Origin: Chiloscyllium plagiosum
Taxonomy: Eukaryota
Assembly: GCF_004010195.1 (NCBI RefSeq)
Contig: NC_057751.1
Span: 7,578,446 to 7,642,445 of the forward strand
Direction: 5' to 3'
Length of the DNA stretch: 64,000 nucleotides
Shown here: one piece after another, positions 10,891 through 24,300 of the stretch
Position numbering within the stretch: position 1 is the first letter of the stretch
How the letters are laid out: each line of letters opens with the position of its first letter
Made by a program: the position numbers and the translations under genes
The notes under the pieces: generated by a model
What the model was told of the DNA's origin: nothing
Databases searched by the model: none
Seen by the model: only the letters and a program-made list of their open reading frames with translations

Positions 10891-13459
10891 GTGTTGTGTG
10901 AAGTGGTTGTTGGTAAGAGGCTGTGGGCTCACAGTTGGATGTGCCACGTGTGCAGTGGTTCGGTTTCCATCCAAGGGGCAGCCAGAATGGGAAAATAGTC
11001 TTCTCTGGTTATGGCTCTCTGTACTGACATGGAGGACAAACTACAGCATCTAGCATCCAAGCTCCAGCTTCCTTTTCGGCAACAGGCTAATGATGTCACT
11101 GCTTGAAGGGATCTTCTACCCATTCCTGTTAACTCCCCATTGCCTCCTCTCCTGGGTCATGGGATAATTAATCTCCCGTGCCCATTTCCCGCCCACATTC
11201 ACATCCGTGTGACTCCCACCATCCAGTGACCAAGGCACCAGGCCACCGTATCGAAGGATGACCCAGGAGAAACTGATGGTGCTCTGACCAGGTACCTGCA
11301 AGTGGGGAAGGTTTTCCAAGGGAGTGGGCAGCTGCTTGGAGGTCTGCGGAGAAGGTTCAGACATTGCCCCCACTCCAAGAATCCAGATATCTCGACTTCC
11401 ACTCAGCGCCTGGAGTAGGGAATGGAGTTCCTGAACAATCCAGGCTCACAACAGGCTGGTGGGCAGCCCAGAATCCTGACAGTCATTAAGTAGCCTGAAT
11501 GGAGATGGATTTGATCATGGACACGTCGAGAATGGTTTTCTCATTGCCTGGAGAGACCATAACTCAGAGCTTCCAACATTAGATCATTGCTATTGAAATC
11601 CAGCAGGAGATTCAAGAGGAATTTCTAAACCCAGAGAGAATTTAGAACATGGAACTCATTCCCAAAGGCAGGAGCTGAGGGGATTGGATTCAATCATTTC
11701 AGGGGAAGCATATCGATTATGAGGGAGATAAGAATAGAGGGCTATACTAGACGGTGGGAGTGGAAAAAGACTCAGCTAAGAGTAGGTCCCAGCACAGATT
11801 AGTTGGGTCATTTTAGGTAAAGGTGCTCACGTCTGACTGAGATAAGCTAATGAGACACAGAACACATTGTCACAACAAGTAATGGAATGTCACACGATCA
11901 TTGCTCTCTCTCGCAGCCTTGTGGCAAGATGAAGCCACAGGAAGATGCTCATTAAGTAAAACAAATGTTTTCCTTCACTCAGCAGGCTCCGTTGGTGTTC
12001 TGTGGCAGTGTGACAAGACCAAGAAGGTGAGGGACAGTGACCTGTTGCTGTTCCCTAATGCAATGTCACAGATTCTACGTATTTCACTTTCTCCTGAAAG
12101 GCAACATCTCAAGGACTGAACACGGTCAAGATAAAAAGGTGATTGTATGTTTCTCTTCTGGTGGACTGGCACTCTCCTCCCTCCACTTGACTCGCTCCCT
12201 ACTTCCTTCCACTGTCCCTCCTCAGGACTCCTCAATGAGCGCCCTCACCACCACTCCTCAGCAACCCGATCCCTCCTGCTCACTTTCCTCCCTTCTGTGA
12301 TGAACCTACCCATATGCCTTTCCCCCCTTCCATGAAGGTGGGGTGCTGCAGCAATAGGGAGTGGGGTCCCCTGTGGAATGTGTGAACAGGAGCCTCCACA
12401 CGCCACCAAAAATCAACAGATCTCGCATTGCGCAATGCTCACAGGATGAGCCTGTTAAAAATAAAGCAGAGAGCGGAAATTTCATTTCTAAAGGAAACAA
12501 AAATACAACGAGCTCAGGATAATGTCTTTCTGTCACCAGAGTCAATACCTGCTCAATCAACAGAAGAAAACTGAAATATCTCTGAACCGTCAATAAAATA
12601 TCTTCCAACAAACAACGGGATGATACAGTTGAATGAATTTGTAATCTCCTGCATCACTGACTAGTTATCAATAGGTTATTGTACCACACATGCTAGGCAG
12701 ACAGAGGTTAAATTGTAATAGAGTCAGGCCTTCCCCAGAGGCTCTGCTTGAAGTACACATGTCTGACTGCAATTATGTTCTTGTGCTTTCCAGCCTCAGC
12801 AAGAACATGGCATGTTGAATCTAAACACGTCGACTGCTCCTTTTTCCAGACGTTGACAGCCACAAAGTGGCTGCTGGGACAGATTAAGTCCCGCTCAGCT
12901 TCTGAATGGCAAAGCTGACCGTTTTTCACTCGTGCCATGATTCCAGCTGCTGGTGATGTCACGTTCTGGTGTGAGCAATGGCTCGGCCGACCATCCATTT
13001 CGTCGCGTCCATCTGCCAGTCAGATAGTCCCTGAGACGGGCCACAAGGGGCTGCCAATGTACATCTAAAAGGTAATCCAGGTTTATAAAGTGCGGTGGGA
13101 AAAAATGTCCACTCCTGTCGATTCCGTAAGTAATGGAGTAAAATGGTCTCACTACAAGTATCAGGAATAAAGACTGAACTCTTTTAGAACAGAAAGTTAT
13201 CATCACATGGGCTTTCATGTGAAAAATACCTGACAGGTTTTCTAAGTCGCCCCACACAGCACCTACATTAATGACAGAAGTCAGACAGAATAATTTAAAA
13301 AAAGCAAAATAAAGATAAAGTTCATCACATTTCAGTTGATGGCTTCTGGACTTGGGGAACGCCAATAAAGGAACGATGGAATAACCTGAAGACGCAGCCA
13401 GGATGAGACCACCTCCTTCTGTTTTCGCAGCATTTGTCTGTTTGACTTTATCCTCAGAA

Positions 13460-13620
13460 TCCCTTCAGTGTGGAAACAGGCCATTCAGCCCAATGAGTCC
13501 CAATCCCCGACCCTATCACCCTGCATTTCCAATGGCTAACACACCTAACCTAGACATCTCTGAACATTAGTGGGTAAGTTAGCATGGCTAATCCACCTAA
13601 TATTCACATCTTTGGACTTC
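13460..13620 (-). mobile_element. HE1-type SINE 3' half
   Basis: CAGTGTGGAAACAGGCCATTCAGCCC...AGCATGGCTAATCCACCTAA...CATCTTTGGACT. Confidence 0.75.
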
Positions 13621-13803
13621 AAGTCATTCAGACCTTCTTTTCTCCTGCCCTGATTGTTCTGGAGGTTGCTAAGCAGCGTTATGATTTTCTCACAGTAGGA
13701 CCTGCTTTTCTCTCTGTATGAAACCTGTCTACTCCCGACCCTTTGGTTCTGCCCTTGTTAGAATATGTATTTCCAAATATAAGTGATAATAAGTCATCAA
13801 TGT

Positions 13804-14440
13804 TGTTATGGACCAAGCCAGAACCCCCTCAAAACATTTTCAGAAGGTAGCCCAGACCCTAACCTTAAGCAGATGTAAGGTGAATATTCTAGGAGTAATG
13901 CAGCTGATCAAACCGCTCAGTTTCAGACAAAACAGAATTTATTTACACATGAACAAAAGCAAACCAAATTTAGAATAACATAAAAATTTGAAAACCCAAT
14001 CGACACGAAAATGCAACTTCACAAAGAACTGTTCTGATTTCCTGCAACATCCCGTGAATACAACCCTTGGCTGAAAGGTAAATTCAAACACAGGTTCTTA
14101 CAGGAGGGAGATGTCAGAGAGGGAGAGGATCAGCATGGAGCTGTTTCCATATGTCCCGATCTAAAACTAATCCAAAACTAATGTTCATGGAATGCCCTGC
14201 CAGTAGCAGTGGTGGACTCTCCCTCTTTATGGGCATTTAAGCGGGCATTGGATAGGCATATGGAGGATAGTGGGCTAGTGTAGGTTAGGTGAGCTTGGAT
14301 CGGCGCAACATCGAGGGCCAACAGGCCTGTACTGCGCTGTATTCTTCTATGTTCTAACTAAGAAAGCCCTGAACTGGGAGAACTGGCCACTCCCCTTTCA
14401 TTGTACAAGTGTTTTAAACCAAAGCCTAAAAGCCTTTTCT
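13804..14440 (-). mobile_element. Solo-LTR-like element interrupted by a CR1 tail
   Basis: Terminus TGTTATGGACC (CA end on the minus strand) is shared with 32335 and 53108; AATAAA on the minus strand near 13940. Confidence 0.65.
14182..14355 (+). mobile_element. Young, very short CR1 3' end with TSD
   Basis: WNALPVAVVD...FKRALD and TTCTATGTTCT tail; AACTAA duplicated at 14176-14181 and 14356-14361. Confidence 0.88.
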
Positions 14441-14599
14441 GATTGTTGACTAAGGGGAAGAGTGGCCTGCAAGTTTTACCCCTCGGAATTCACTCTGTCT
14501 AGATCTACCCAATTAACTTCGCTGCAAATCTATTCATCAATTTTCACTGAGTCAAACAGGTGAAATGGGTGAGATTTATTGCTTTCCTGTCAAGACAGT

Positions 14600-15955
14600 A
14601 GAACATGGATGGATACGATACCCCAGTAACATGCGACGAGATATCACATCAACATTTACTGTGGGAAATAAAAAACTCATGATGGGCAGGTTAACACGTT
14701 GCCACAGAGAGAAGAATGGCCAGCAAGCGGGGAACAAATGAGATTTTTGCTAGTCAGCAAGATGTAACCAGTGGTAATGCTGGAATAACAAAGTTTGAAA
14801 TAAGTGACATGGATGACAAGATTGAAGGTATAGTTGGTGAAACTTGTGACCAACACAAAGACTGGTCAGAAACTAAATTGGGAAGAGATCATCAGGATAC
14901 TAGTTAACATCTGGTAACTGCGTTATTATGTGGGAAAACATGAAACTGTCCGCTTCGACAGAAGAATAAGCTGAGGGGTGACCTTCTAGAAGTTTATAAA
15001 GCCATGAGGGATATGGCTAGGGCGATAGCCAATGCCTTTTTCCCAGGGTAGGGGAGTCCAAAACTAGAAGACATGGGTTTAAGGTGAGAGGGGATAGAAT
15101 TAAAAGGGACCTGAGGGGCAACTTTTTCAGAGGGTGATGTGTGTATGGAATGAGCTGCCAGAGGAAGTGGTGGAGGCTGGAACAATTACAACATTTAAAA
15201 AGCATCTGGATGGGTAAATGAATAGGAAGGGTTTCGAGGGATATGGGCCAAGTGCTGGCAAATGGGACGAGATTAGGTTCAGATATCTGATCGGCATGGA
15301 TATGTTGGACTGAAGGGTCTGTTTCCATGCTGTACACCTCTATGACTCCAGTAAAAAACACCTATTAACTAAACGGTGACAGACTGCAGAGCTCTGCTAT
15401 TCAGAGGGGAACTGGGTACCTTCATGTATCAACTGTAAAAGTTTAGTATGCAGGGATGGCAAGTAATGAGGAAAGCTCATAGAAGATCAATGTCTATTGT
15501 AAGGGAAACTGCATACAAAAGTCGGGAAGATTAGGCTTTAATTATACAGGGTGTTTGGAACATGGCAGCTGGAATACAGTGAACAGTATTTGCCTCCTTA
15601 TTGAAGGAAGGACGTAAATGGATTGGAAGCAGATCAGAGAAGGTTTACTGGAGGAATACCTGGCATGTTGTCTTAAGAGGAAAAGTAGAACAGGCAAAGT
15701 TTGGGTTCACTGCAGTTTAGAAAAGGTGACTTGACTGAAACATATAAGCTCCTGAGGGGTCTTGGCAGTGTGGAGGAGAAAATAATGCTATTTGTTGTGG
15801 GATGTTCTAGGCGGTATTGTTTAATAATAAGTGGTCACCTACTTGAGGTGAGTTATTTTCTCACAAAGGGTGCTGAGCTTTTGGAACTCTCTTCTTCAAA
15901 AGATGTTAGGAATCAGAGGTTTTGATTATTTTGAAGTTCAGATAGATTTCTAGAT
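14600..15955 (+). mobile_element. Old CR1 RT remnant with a younger CR1 3' end nested at ~14971-15350
   Basis: Decayed CR1 motifs (GDLTETYKLLRGL). The younger insert runs CTGAGGGGTGACCTT...CTCTATGACTC. Confidence 0.75.
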
Positions 15956-17699
15956 TTATACAACGGTAGAACTAGTCCAAAGACAAAATCATGTTTTCCT
16001 TTCTGAAGTGTGTCACACTCCACATTAACCTGGAGGCCTGGGATACATCAGCCCCCACCCAGCTTCGATAAAGACACACCTTTCAAATTCAGATATGACA
16101 TGGTCTTGCTTCTGTAGGCTGTCCATCTCTTGAGGGCACAAGCGTTGAGAGTTCAATAAAGGAATAGGTTCTGCCATGATACATTACAGAAGTTTTGCAA
16201 CTTCCCACTGGCAAAATTTTTAACTATCAAAACACCAGCTTTGAATTCTGATCTACTCCTCATCAAATGTCTGGAAAGCCGTGTCAACCGTCCAATAGGA
16301 AACAGGGCAATCCCACAAAGGAAGAGGATCAGATCATTCAGCCTATCGAGATTGCTACATCATTTGTTGGTGTGTTCTGCACCTTCACTCACCAGTGTGC
16401 TTTGGCTAAGCATATTTCGTCTAACAAGAGTCTATCGATGTCAGTTCTGAATTCTAACCCTCACATCCAGCCCCATCACTTTCTTTTTGTAGGATTTTTG
16501 GAAGGTGTGAGACTTTCAGTTTTCCACCAGCCTGAATTGGGCTTCCTGAGTGGACTCCTGACATCCCCCCAGTTGGCAGAGCTCAAAATTCAAGGTCATG
16601 TCCCATTCGTGTGGATTTCCCTCATCACAATTTCAGACTGTTTGCAACACAGTGACGCACACATCAGCTTGTGCATTCCAATTTAATTAAGGGAAGTTTA
16701 CAACTTCATTGATAGAAGAACCATCTTGACTGTAATCATTGAATCATGAGAGATAAAATTCTTCAATGCTTTTGTTTATTATTGAGATGACTGTATTGCT
16801 GTCAACTCTACTAAAGCAATTAATCTTTCCATCAGCAACTGTAATTGTTAACCAAAGGTTTTCCAATAATGCAAACCACTTAAATGGCAAGGGAATAGCA
16901 ATTGTCAGAACTTTGACTCCAACTTTCTGCTTTTATTCTGACTGATCAGCTAAACTGTCAGTTTTCCTGATCAGGTCTGAGTAGTTGCTGCAATGGTGCA
17001 AGGTTTTCGCGAGATCACATCTGAAGGGCAGTAGACAATTTTGGTCTTTGCATCAAAGAAATGCATGACTTGCTTGAGAAGTGGGGAGGGGAAAGAAAGG
17101 TTCACCCACATTGATTCCTGGGACAAGACAGTTGTACCCCGAAAAGAGATTGAACAAAACTTGTCTCTTCTCCCTGGAGATCAGAAGAATAAGGCAAAGC
17201 TGTTAACTGATTAATTATTCAATAACATCGATTGATGTCAGTATGTTTAAAGGGGGAGCAGCTCAGTTAGGAGAAAGGGAACAGTTGGACTTGTGTAGTC
17301 AATGAACTCTGCACAAAACATCTCTGTCTTGCAATTTCTTTTTGACCAGACTGGTTACATTATACAAAAAAAAAGTAATACAGCATTGAAATGAATAAGG
17401 TTGCAAGAGGGATTGTCAAAGTGGATGCGAGAAGCCTGTTTCTTCCAGTTGGAGATTCTAGAACATGGAGGCACAGATCTGCATAAAAGAGTTGTCACTT
17501 AGGGTTTAGGTGAGAAAAACCTTCAAAATCGTCTCCTGGAGTGTTTTAAATGCTCATTTGTTGAATGTGATCTAGACTGAGGTCAATAGACTTGAAGTGT
17601 AAGTCATTCAGCCAGAGATCAGGTGAGGATTCAAGGTGAGGTCAATGATCAACTGCAACTCCATTGAATGGTACCGACATACAGCCCAATTCTACGGAG

Positions 17700-18155
17700 A
17701 GTTAGAGTCATAGCACGGAAAGAGGTCCTTCGGGCTATCCTGTCTGTGCTGGTCATCAAGCGCCTATTGACTCTAGTCCCATTTCCCAGCACATGGTCTG
17801 TAGCCTTGTATGTTATGATGCTTGAAGTGATCACCAAAGTACTTTGTAAATGACATCATGTTTCTTGTCTCTATCAGCCTTTCAGATGGTGAGTTCCAGA
17901 TACCCACTGAGTGAAAACATTCTTCCTTAAATACCCTTCAAACCTCCAACCCTTTACCTTAACCTGGTCTTGATCCCTGCACTGACAGGAAGTGTCCCGA
18001 CCCCTCAGGGAAACAACCATAGTCCATCTAGTCTCTCTCCACAGCTGACACACTCCAGCCCAGGCCACACCCTGGTGAATTTCCTCTCCAACCTCTCTGG
18101 TATAATCACATCCCCCCTGTGGTGTGCCGTCTGAACTGCACAGGACACTCCAGCT
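17700..18155 (-). mobile_element. CR1 3' fragment
   Basis: ERLERKFTRVWPGLE; KVKGWRFEGYLRKNVFTQWV. Confidence 0.8.
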
Positions 18156-19559
18156 TTTCTTGGGTTCCCCTGCACTTGACGCTTTCCAAACCCTACCTCT
18201 CGCTTGGGAGAAGATGGACGCCTGCTTTGTTTGAGATCATGCACCATGCAGTGCCCGATCATTCCCACGTCAGGAGAGTTTTCAGGGGAGCCTGGCACTC
18301 CCACTGTTGTCCAAAGATGAGAAGGCTTTGCTGGCGCTCCATCACCACAATTTGGAAAAAAAAACCCAACAGGATTGCAGAAAGAACAAAAAAAAACAGC
18401 AAGAGTAGCAAAAATGGTAACATGGTGACAAAAAATCATAAGAATCAAAAGCTGTGATTGTGGACCTTGTGGGGTTGGATTCAACCACAGACACATAGAA
18501 ATGTAAAACTTTGAACACAAATTGGTGGGAAAGGTAACATGAGGTCAATTTGCTGATGCAAGAGATTAAAAAAAAAACCTAATATAGACAATCAAATGCT
18601 CTAGGGTCCTAAAGAGGTGACAGAGCCCCGGTCCATCTGACATATTACGTGTACCATTTCAGTGAACAAAAACAAATGGGATCACAGTATATTTGTGCAC
18701 GTGAAGAGGGAAGGTGATTGAGACTACTGCCATTCTCATTCACTAATACGATGTCAGTGTTCACACACTGCTCTTACGCACCAAAGTGTATCATGTCAGG
18801 AATCACACAGAACAAGTACAGTCTGTAACTAGTCTTGAAAAAGCCACCACAAATGCTTAGAGGGTTGATTTCACAAATCCCCAATGATTCTGCTCCTTGT
18901 GAGCACCAAGGTCCCAATCTCATCAGTACTCAAACATTGAATTTGTTTTGATTTCACAATGTTATCGATTAGACAACTGTCTCCCTCTTATCCCGAGTCC
19001 ACCAGCGTGCAATGAATTAAAAGGAAATGGATTACTTGAAAACTGCACTCCTGTCCTGTGCTGCTGTCCATGCCAATAAATCATTATACCCTCTTCATTC
19101 AAGATCACTGGTTCCAGTTCAGACTGGCTGAAAAGTAGCATCCCATCAGATCAATTTGCAATGTTCCCTGATGTGATGTTTGAATATGTCGTGCAAGCTA
19201 CAAAACAGAATGTCACAGACCCAGAGTTTCCTCGCTCAGGGTATGATATCAGTATTGCTAAGAATGAAGATTTGTTCATTGACTGAAACACTGGTGATAC
19301 CTTGGAACAAAGAAATGAAAAGCTTTAACAATGTCGTAAGAAATGAGCGGAGTATGCAATGATGCCCCTCAAGCGTGCTTTGTAATTGTCCTCAATCCCT
19401 GTTGATATTCTATCTCACTAATGCTTCCACAAAGTCTCCATTATCCTGAACAGAATTTCCCTGCACTGCCTCACATATCTCAATGTCATTGATGTCTAGA
19501 AGTATCTTGCACATTCTCAATGGGTGAATGTGCAGAGGGGGAGCATAGAAGGTTGAGCC

Positions 19560-19685
19560 GTTTATAAAATCATGAAGGGTATAGACAAAGTGAATGGTAG
19601 ATGACTTTTCCCTGAGATGGGGGATTTCAAGACCAGGGGGCAATTTTTAAGGTGAAAGGAGAGGGATTTAAAAATGACATGGGGG
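19560..19685 (+). mobile_element. CR1 fragment abutting the L1 5' end
   Basis: TTTATAAAATCATGAAGGGTATAGAC...TTTAAGGTGAAAGGAGAG. Confidence 0.8.
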
Positions 19686-19800
19686 TGGGGGGGTGGGGAA
19701 GGGGATCCAAGATGGCAGCAATCTAGAAAGATTGTGTTGCAAAGCTCCGCGCCACATCGCAAAGCAGGACCAAATCTGAACGCACCCTACCCAGATCACT

Positions 19801-20691
19801 GTGGCATCCCGGGACTCTGGAAAAGTCATGGAGTCCCAGGAAACTGTTAAAAACAACTTACCTCGGTTTTTGCTGTCGAGGGATGCCGAAGAAGGGAGCA
19901 GGTATGTCCAAGGCCGGCTCGCAGCCCAGCCTGTAGGATCCTCAGGCTCGATTTCCAACCAGGTCCTGGTAATGGAGCTTGCAAAATCTTGCAAGATGTT
20001 CGGTGAGCAGATAGAGGAGAAGAAGTTGGCCCCGATCTCTATGATGCTGCAGAAGCATGAACAGCAGCTGGGAGACCTGGACAAAAGGACGGATGAGAGA
20101 GAACGCAGAGCTATAATGGTGGAAACTGATACCGGTTCCTCCAAGGGTGGGATCCAGGCCCTGGAGACACAGGTCCATAATTTGCTTGACCAGCTTGATG
20201 ACCTCGAGAACAGGAGCAGGAGAAAATATATTCGGATCGTCACTCTGCCAGATGGTAAGGAAGGTGAGCGGCCGGGTGTAATTCATTGAGGACTTGTTGC
20301 CGGAATTCCTTAACTTGGAGGCTGGAATGGGAAGCTTAAAGATTGACAGGTCATGGCGTGGAGGTCAGATCTGGACCAACGTCCTCGCCCTCTCTTGGTG
20401 CCATTTTATCACTACAGAGATAAGGAGAGAATCATACAAGCTTCCAGAATCCAGGGGAAGGATCCGAAGGCCCGAGTTTATGAGGGCTCTAAGATCATGT
20501 TCTTCCAGGACTTCTCAGCGGCGGTGATCCAGAAAAGAAAACCAGATGATGGCATTAAGAAAAGACTGAGGGAGTTCAGGATCCAGTACTCTCTGAGGTA
20601 TCCAGCAGTGCTTCAGATCACCTTAAATGGACATGTACATCTTTTTGACATGTTGGAGAAGGCAAGAGACTTTGTGGACAAATTAACTTAA
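19801..20691 (+). pseudogene. L1 ORF1 (coiled-coil/RRM/CTD, Transposase_22-like), disrupted
   Basis: LDDLENRSRRKYIRIVTLPDGKEG; RPRPLLVPFYHYRDKERII; IMFFQDFSAAVIQKRK; YSLRYPAVL; split over several frames. Confidence 0.88.
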
Positions 20692-21361
20692 TCTGAGCAA
20701 CTTATTGTGAACAAATAGTGGTGTCGTTTGGGTATGTTTCTACTTTTCTTTAAAATAAAAAAGGAAGTCCATTTGGTGACTTTCTTTTCCTATTTATTAT
20801 TGGTAATAATCTGGTCGAAACCAGGATCGGGGTGGCTGGGATGTTTACTTTCAATTTCTAAGTTAAGTTATACCAAAGGATGGGTGGAATACTTACTGTA
20901 TTTTTCAAAATTTCTTTGTTCATGTTGTCATTCAACATGTTGTCATTGTTCATGTTGTCATTTTCTTTCTTTGTTGCTTGTGTATGTGGTGCGGCTGTAG
21001 CTAGGAGGAGAGAAAATGGCTGGAATGGCTAGATGCCTACTTACGGGCAGTTTATGCCGATTCAGGTATTTAAATGCCCTAGCTGCTGTGTTAGCAGTGG
21101 GATAGAAAGTTGGGTTTGAGATGTGTGGATGTCCCCTTTCGGCAGGGGGTAAGTTCCCCTATTCAGCGCCATTGGTGTTTTATATGTTGGTTTGTTTTTT
21201 TTTTGGTTTTTGTTACATATAGTCTTTGATAGCTTTGTAGATTTGTTAACTGTAGTGGTTTTAGATAATGTAGTTTTTATGTTTATCTTGTGACAATAAG
21301 ACTCGGCGATTTGTAATTCGAGTTCCTCCTCTCTGGAATCTAAATGTTATTGCAGAAGGTT

Positions 21362-24300
21362 ATGGCAAATGACTTGCTTAAATGGTGTACCTGGAACATC
21401 AAGGGCAATGACTCACCAATTAAGAGAAAAAAGGTTCTCTCAAGTCTTAGAAGTTACTAGAGTGTGTTAAGTTTCTACAGTGTGTTAAAAACACACACAG
21501 GAGGTTTGCAATCCTCAAAGCCCTGATAAATGGGGAGGAATACGGTGTTTTAAATGTTTATTGCCCTCTGGTCCATCCCCTCAAGTTTCAGTTAGATGTG
21601 TTCTCTAAACTGATCAGCTTCTAGTCTCGGCATATCATCATAGAGAACCCATGGTAGACAGGTTTCCCAAAGACCCCTGATACCTTCTAAACAATTAGTG
21701 GAGCTGTATATGGAGTTAGGGTTAGTGGACGTCTGGAGGTGTCTCCATCATGCAGGCAGGGATTTTACATTTTGTTTTCTAATGCACACAGATGTCACAC
21801 CAGGATTGATTATTTTTCTGACCTCCGTGGCAACCCTGGATTTGGTGGCATCTTGTACGATTGGCAATATTACCATCTCCGATCACGCTCCAGTGTACCT
21901 GTTGGTTAAGATTAAGGATGCTTGGTGGGCGGCACGGTGGCACAGTGGTTAGCACTGCTGCCTCACAGCATCAGAGACCCGGGTTCAATTCCCACCTCAG
22001 GCGACTGACTGTGTGGAGTTTGCACGTTCTCCCCGTGTCTGCGTGGGTTTCCTCCGGGTGCTCCGGTTTCCTCCCACCATCCAAAGATGTGCAGGGTCAG
22101 GTGAATTGGCCATACTAAATTGCCTGTAGTGTTAGGTAAGGGGTAAATGTAGGGGTATGGGTGGGTTGCGCTTTGGCGGGTCGGTGTGGACTTGTTGGGC
22201 CGAAGGGCCTGTTTCCGCACTGTAATCTAATCTAATCTAATCTAATCTAAATACAGTGGGCCTGAGGCACTGGCGAATGGGTCCCTTCATCCTCAATGAT
22301 AATAAGCTTGTGGAGTACTTCTCTAGGGAATTTTGGGCATTCCTAGACATTAACGAGTTAGTAGTCAATCAATCCATCCTTTAGGAAACTGCCAAAACCT
22401 CTGCCAGGGTGTTAATTATTTCCTACTCTGCCAGTAGGAAGTGGCGGAAGGGTGAGCAGCAATGTCTCCTTGAAGCACGGTTGAAGGCAGCCGAGAAGGC
22501 TTACTTTGACATGCCCTCATTGGCCAAGCTACAGAGGATTACAGTGCTCTGGTCTGTATTGAATACTGTGCTCGCAGACAGCAAAGAAGGAGCTTACTTT
22601 TGCAAAACAAAGGTTGTATGAGCCAGGCAAGTACCTAGCACATCTCGCCAGGAGAAAGAGTGCCCCTCAAGCCATAACGTTGACCAGGGAAGGGACTGGG
22701 AACCTAACACGTGATTCCAAAAAGAATTAATGCAGCATTTTGGTGAGATTTTACTCTGAATTATACCAATCTGAGGCTTGTGAGGAGGGCGGGCCAAGAT
22801 GGAGTCCTTTTTCAAGGATCTAGATCTCCCAGGTGTGACCCCTGAATAACAATCGTTTCTCAATGTCCCTTATCAGAGCAAGAGGTGCAGGAGGCTGTGA
22901 AGAGTGGAAAGGTGCCTGGTCCTGATGGACTTCCCAGCGAATTCTATAAGGAATTTATAAGCATATTGTCAGGCCCAATGCTCAACATGCTCAATGACTT
23001 GTACAGTCATGATCGTCCTCTGTCATCTCTAAGAGAGGCCAATATTTCACTTATTCTTAAAACAGGAAGGTCCTGGAGGACTGTGCTTCTTTCAGGCCCA
23101 TTTCACTCTTAAATGCTGACTTTGAAATCCTCTCTAAGACTCTTGCATTAATGCTGGAAACTGTCTTACCTTCTATTGTTAAAGAGGACCAGATGGGCTT
23201 CATAAAGGGCTGCAGATCCTCCAATAATGCTTAACGTAATTTAAGAGTGTCAACAACAGTCAATACAGGGATTGGTGACTTCTCTAGATGTAGAGAAGGC
23301 ACTTGACTGAGTTGAGTGGCGGTACCGTTTTTATATTCTCGAGTAGTTTGGCTTGGGCGAAGCCTTTGTAAGATGGGTGAAGGTTTTCTACAGTGACCCT
23401 CTTGCTGCGGTCATCACCAATATGGTACGATCAAGCAATTTTAGTATTTTTAGGGGCAGCTGACAGGGCTGTCCCTTTTCACGATTACCTTTTACATTGG
23501 TGATTGAACCATTGGCATAGGCCATTTGTAGGGATCCCAATAAATTGGCTCCAGAAGTGGGGTCAAAATTACATAAGATTTCATTGCATGCGGACCATGT
23601 CCTCATTTTTTTTTGTCAAATCCAGCAGCCTTGCCTAATACAATGCATCAACTCTTTTGGCACCTCTTTGGGGTACAATATTAGTTTTGCAAAATCAGAG
23701 GCTATGCCTATGGGTGGTCTTTCAAAGGTGCTAGGTTTTGAGGGTGAATCTCGATTCCCATTTGAGTGGTCACAGGGGGGTTTTATGTATTTGGGCATAT
23801 TCATCACTAGTTTTTGATTGGTTGCTTAAAGTTAATTTTGTTCAATTATTCAACAACGTCAAGCAAGATCTTCAAAGATGGCAGGCACTTCCAGTCTCAT
23901 GGTTATGTCGGATAGCTCTTATTAAGATGAATATTCTCCCGAGTTTGTTGTACCCTATACGAATGCTCCCCCTGATTTTCGATAAGCAAAAGTTCAGGAG
24001 ACTGAATGGCTGGCTCGGTTCTTTTATTTGGTATTGTCAGCAGCCCCTTAAGAAATTAGCTAAACTGAAATTGCCTCACAGACTGGAAGGAGTGGATCTC
24101 ATGGACATTAAAATTATCAACTCAGCTCGCTTTTATCTTACATGAGTGATTGGGCTGGTGGGGACCCTCTTTCAATATGGTGAGATAGCGAAACCTCTCA
24201 GGTAAAGTGTCCCCTTGCTACTTTTGGACAAAATGAGGACAATTAAGGAATATTGCCATAACTCAATAGTTACTGATACTGTTAAAACATGGAGGGCAAT

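Noticed and set aside
18197..18305. Possible minus-strand exon (ACAACAG...GAG/GTAGGG)
   Set aside because: Peptide unrecognisable, weak splice sites, no partner exons.
21927..22000. tRNA-like A/B boxes (also at 10137, ~44100, ~46270, ~54850)
   Set aside because: These are SINE heads followed by a V core and LINE tail, not tRNA genes.
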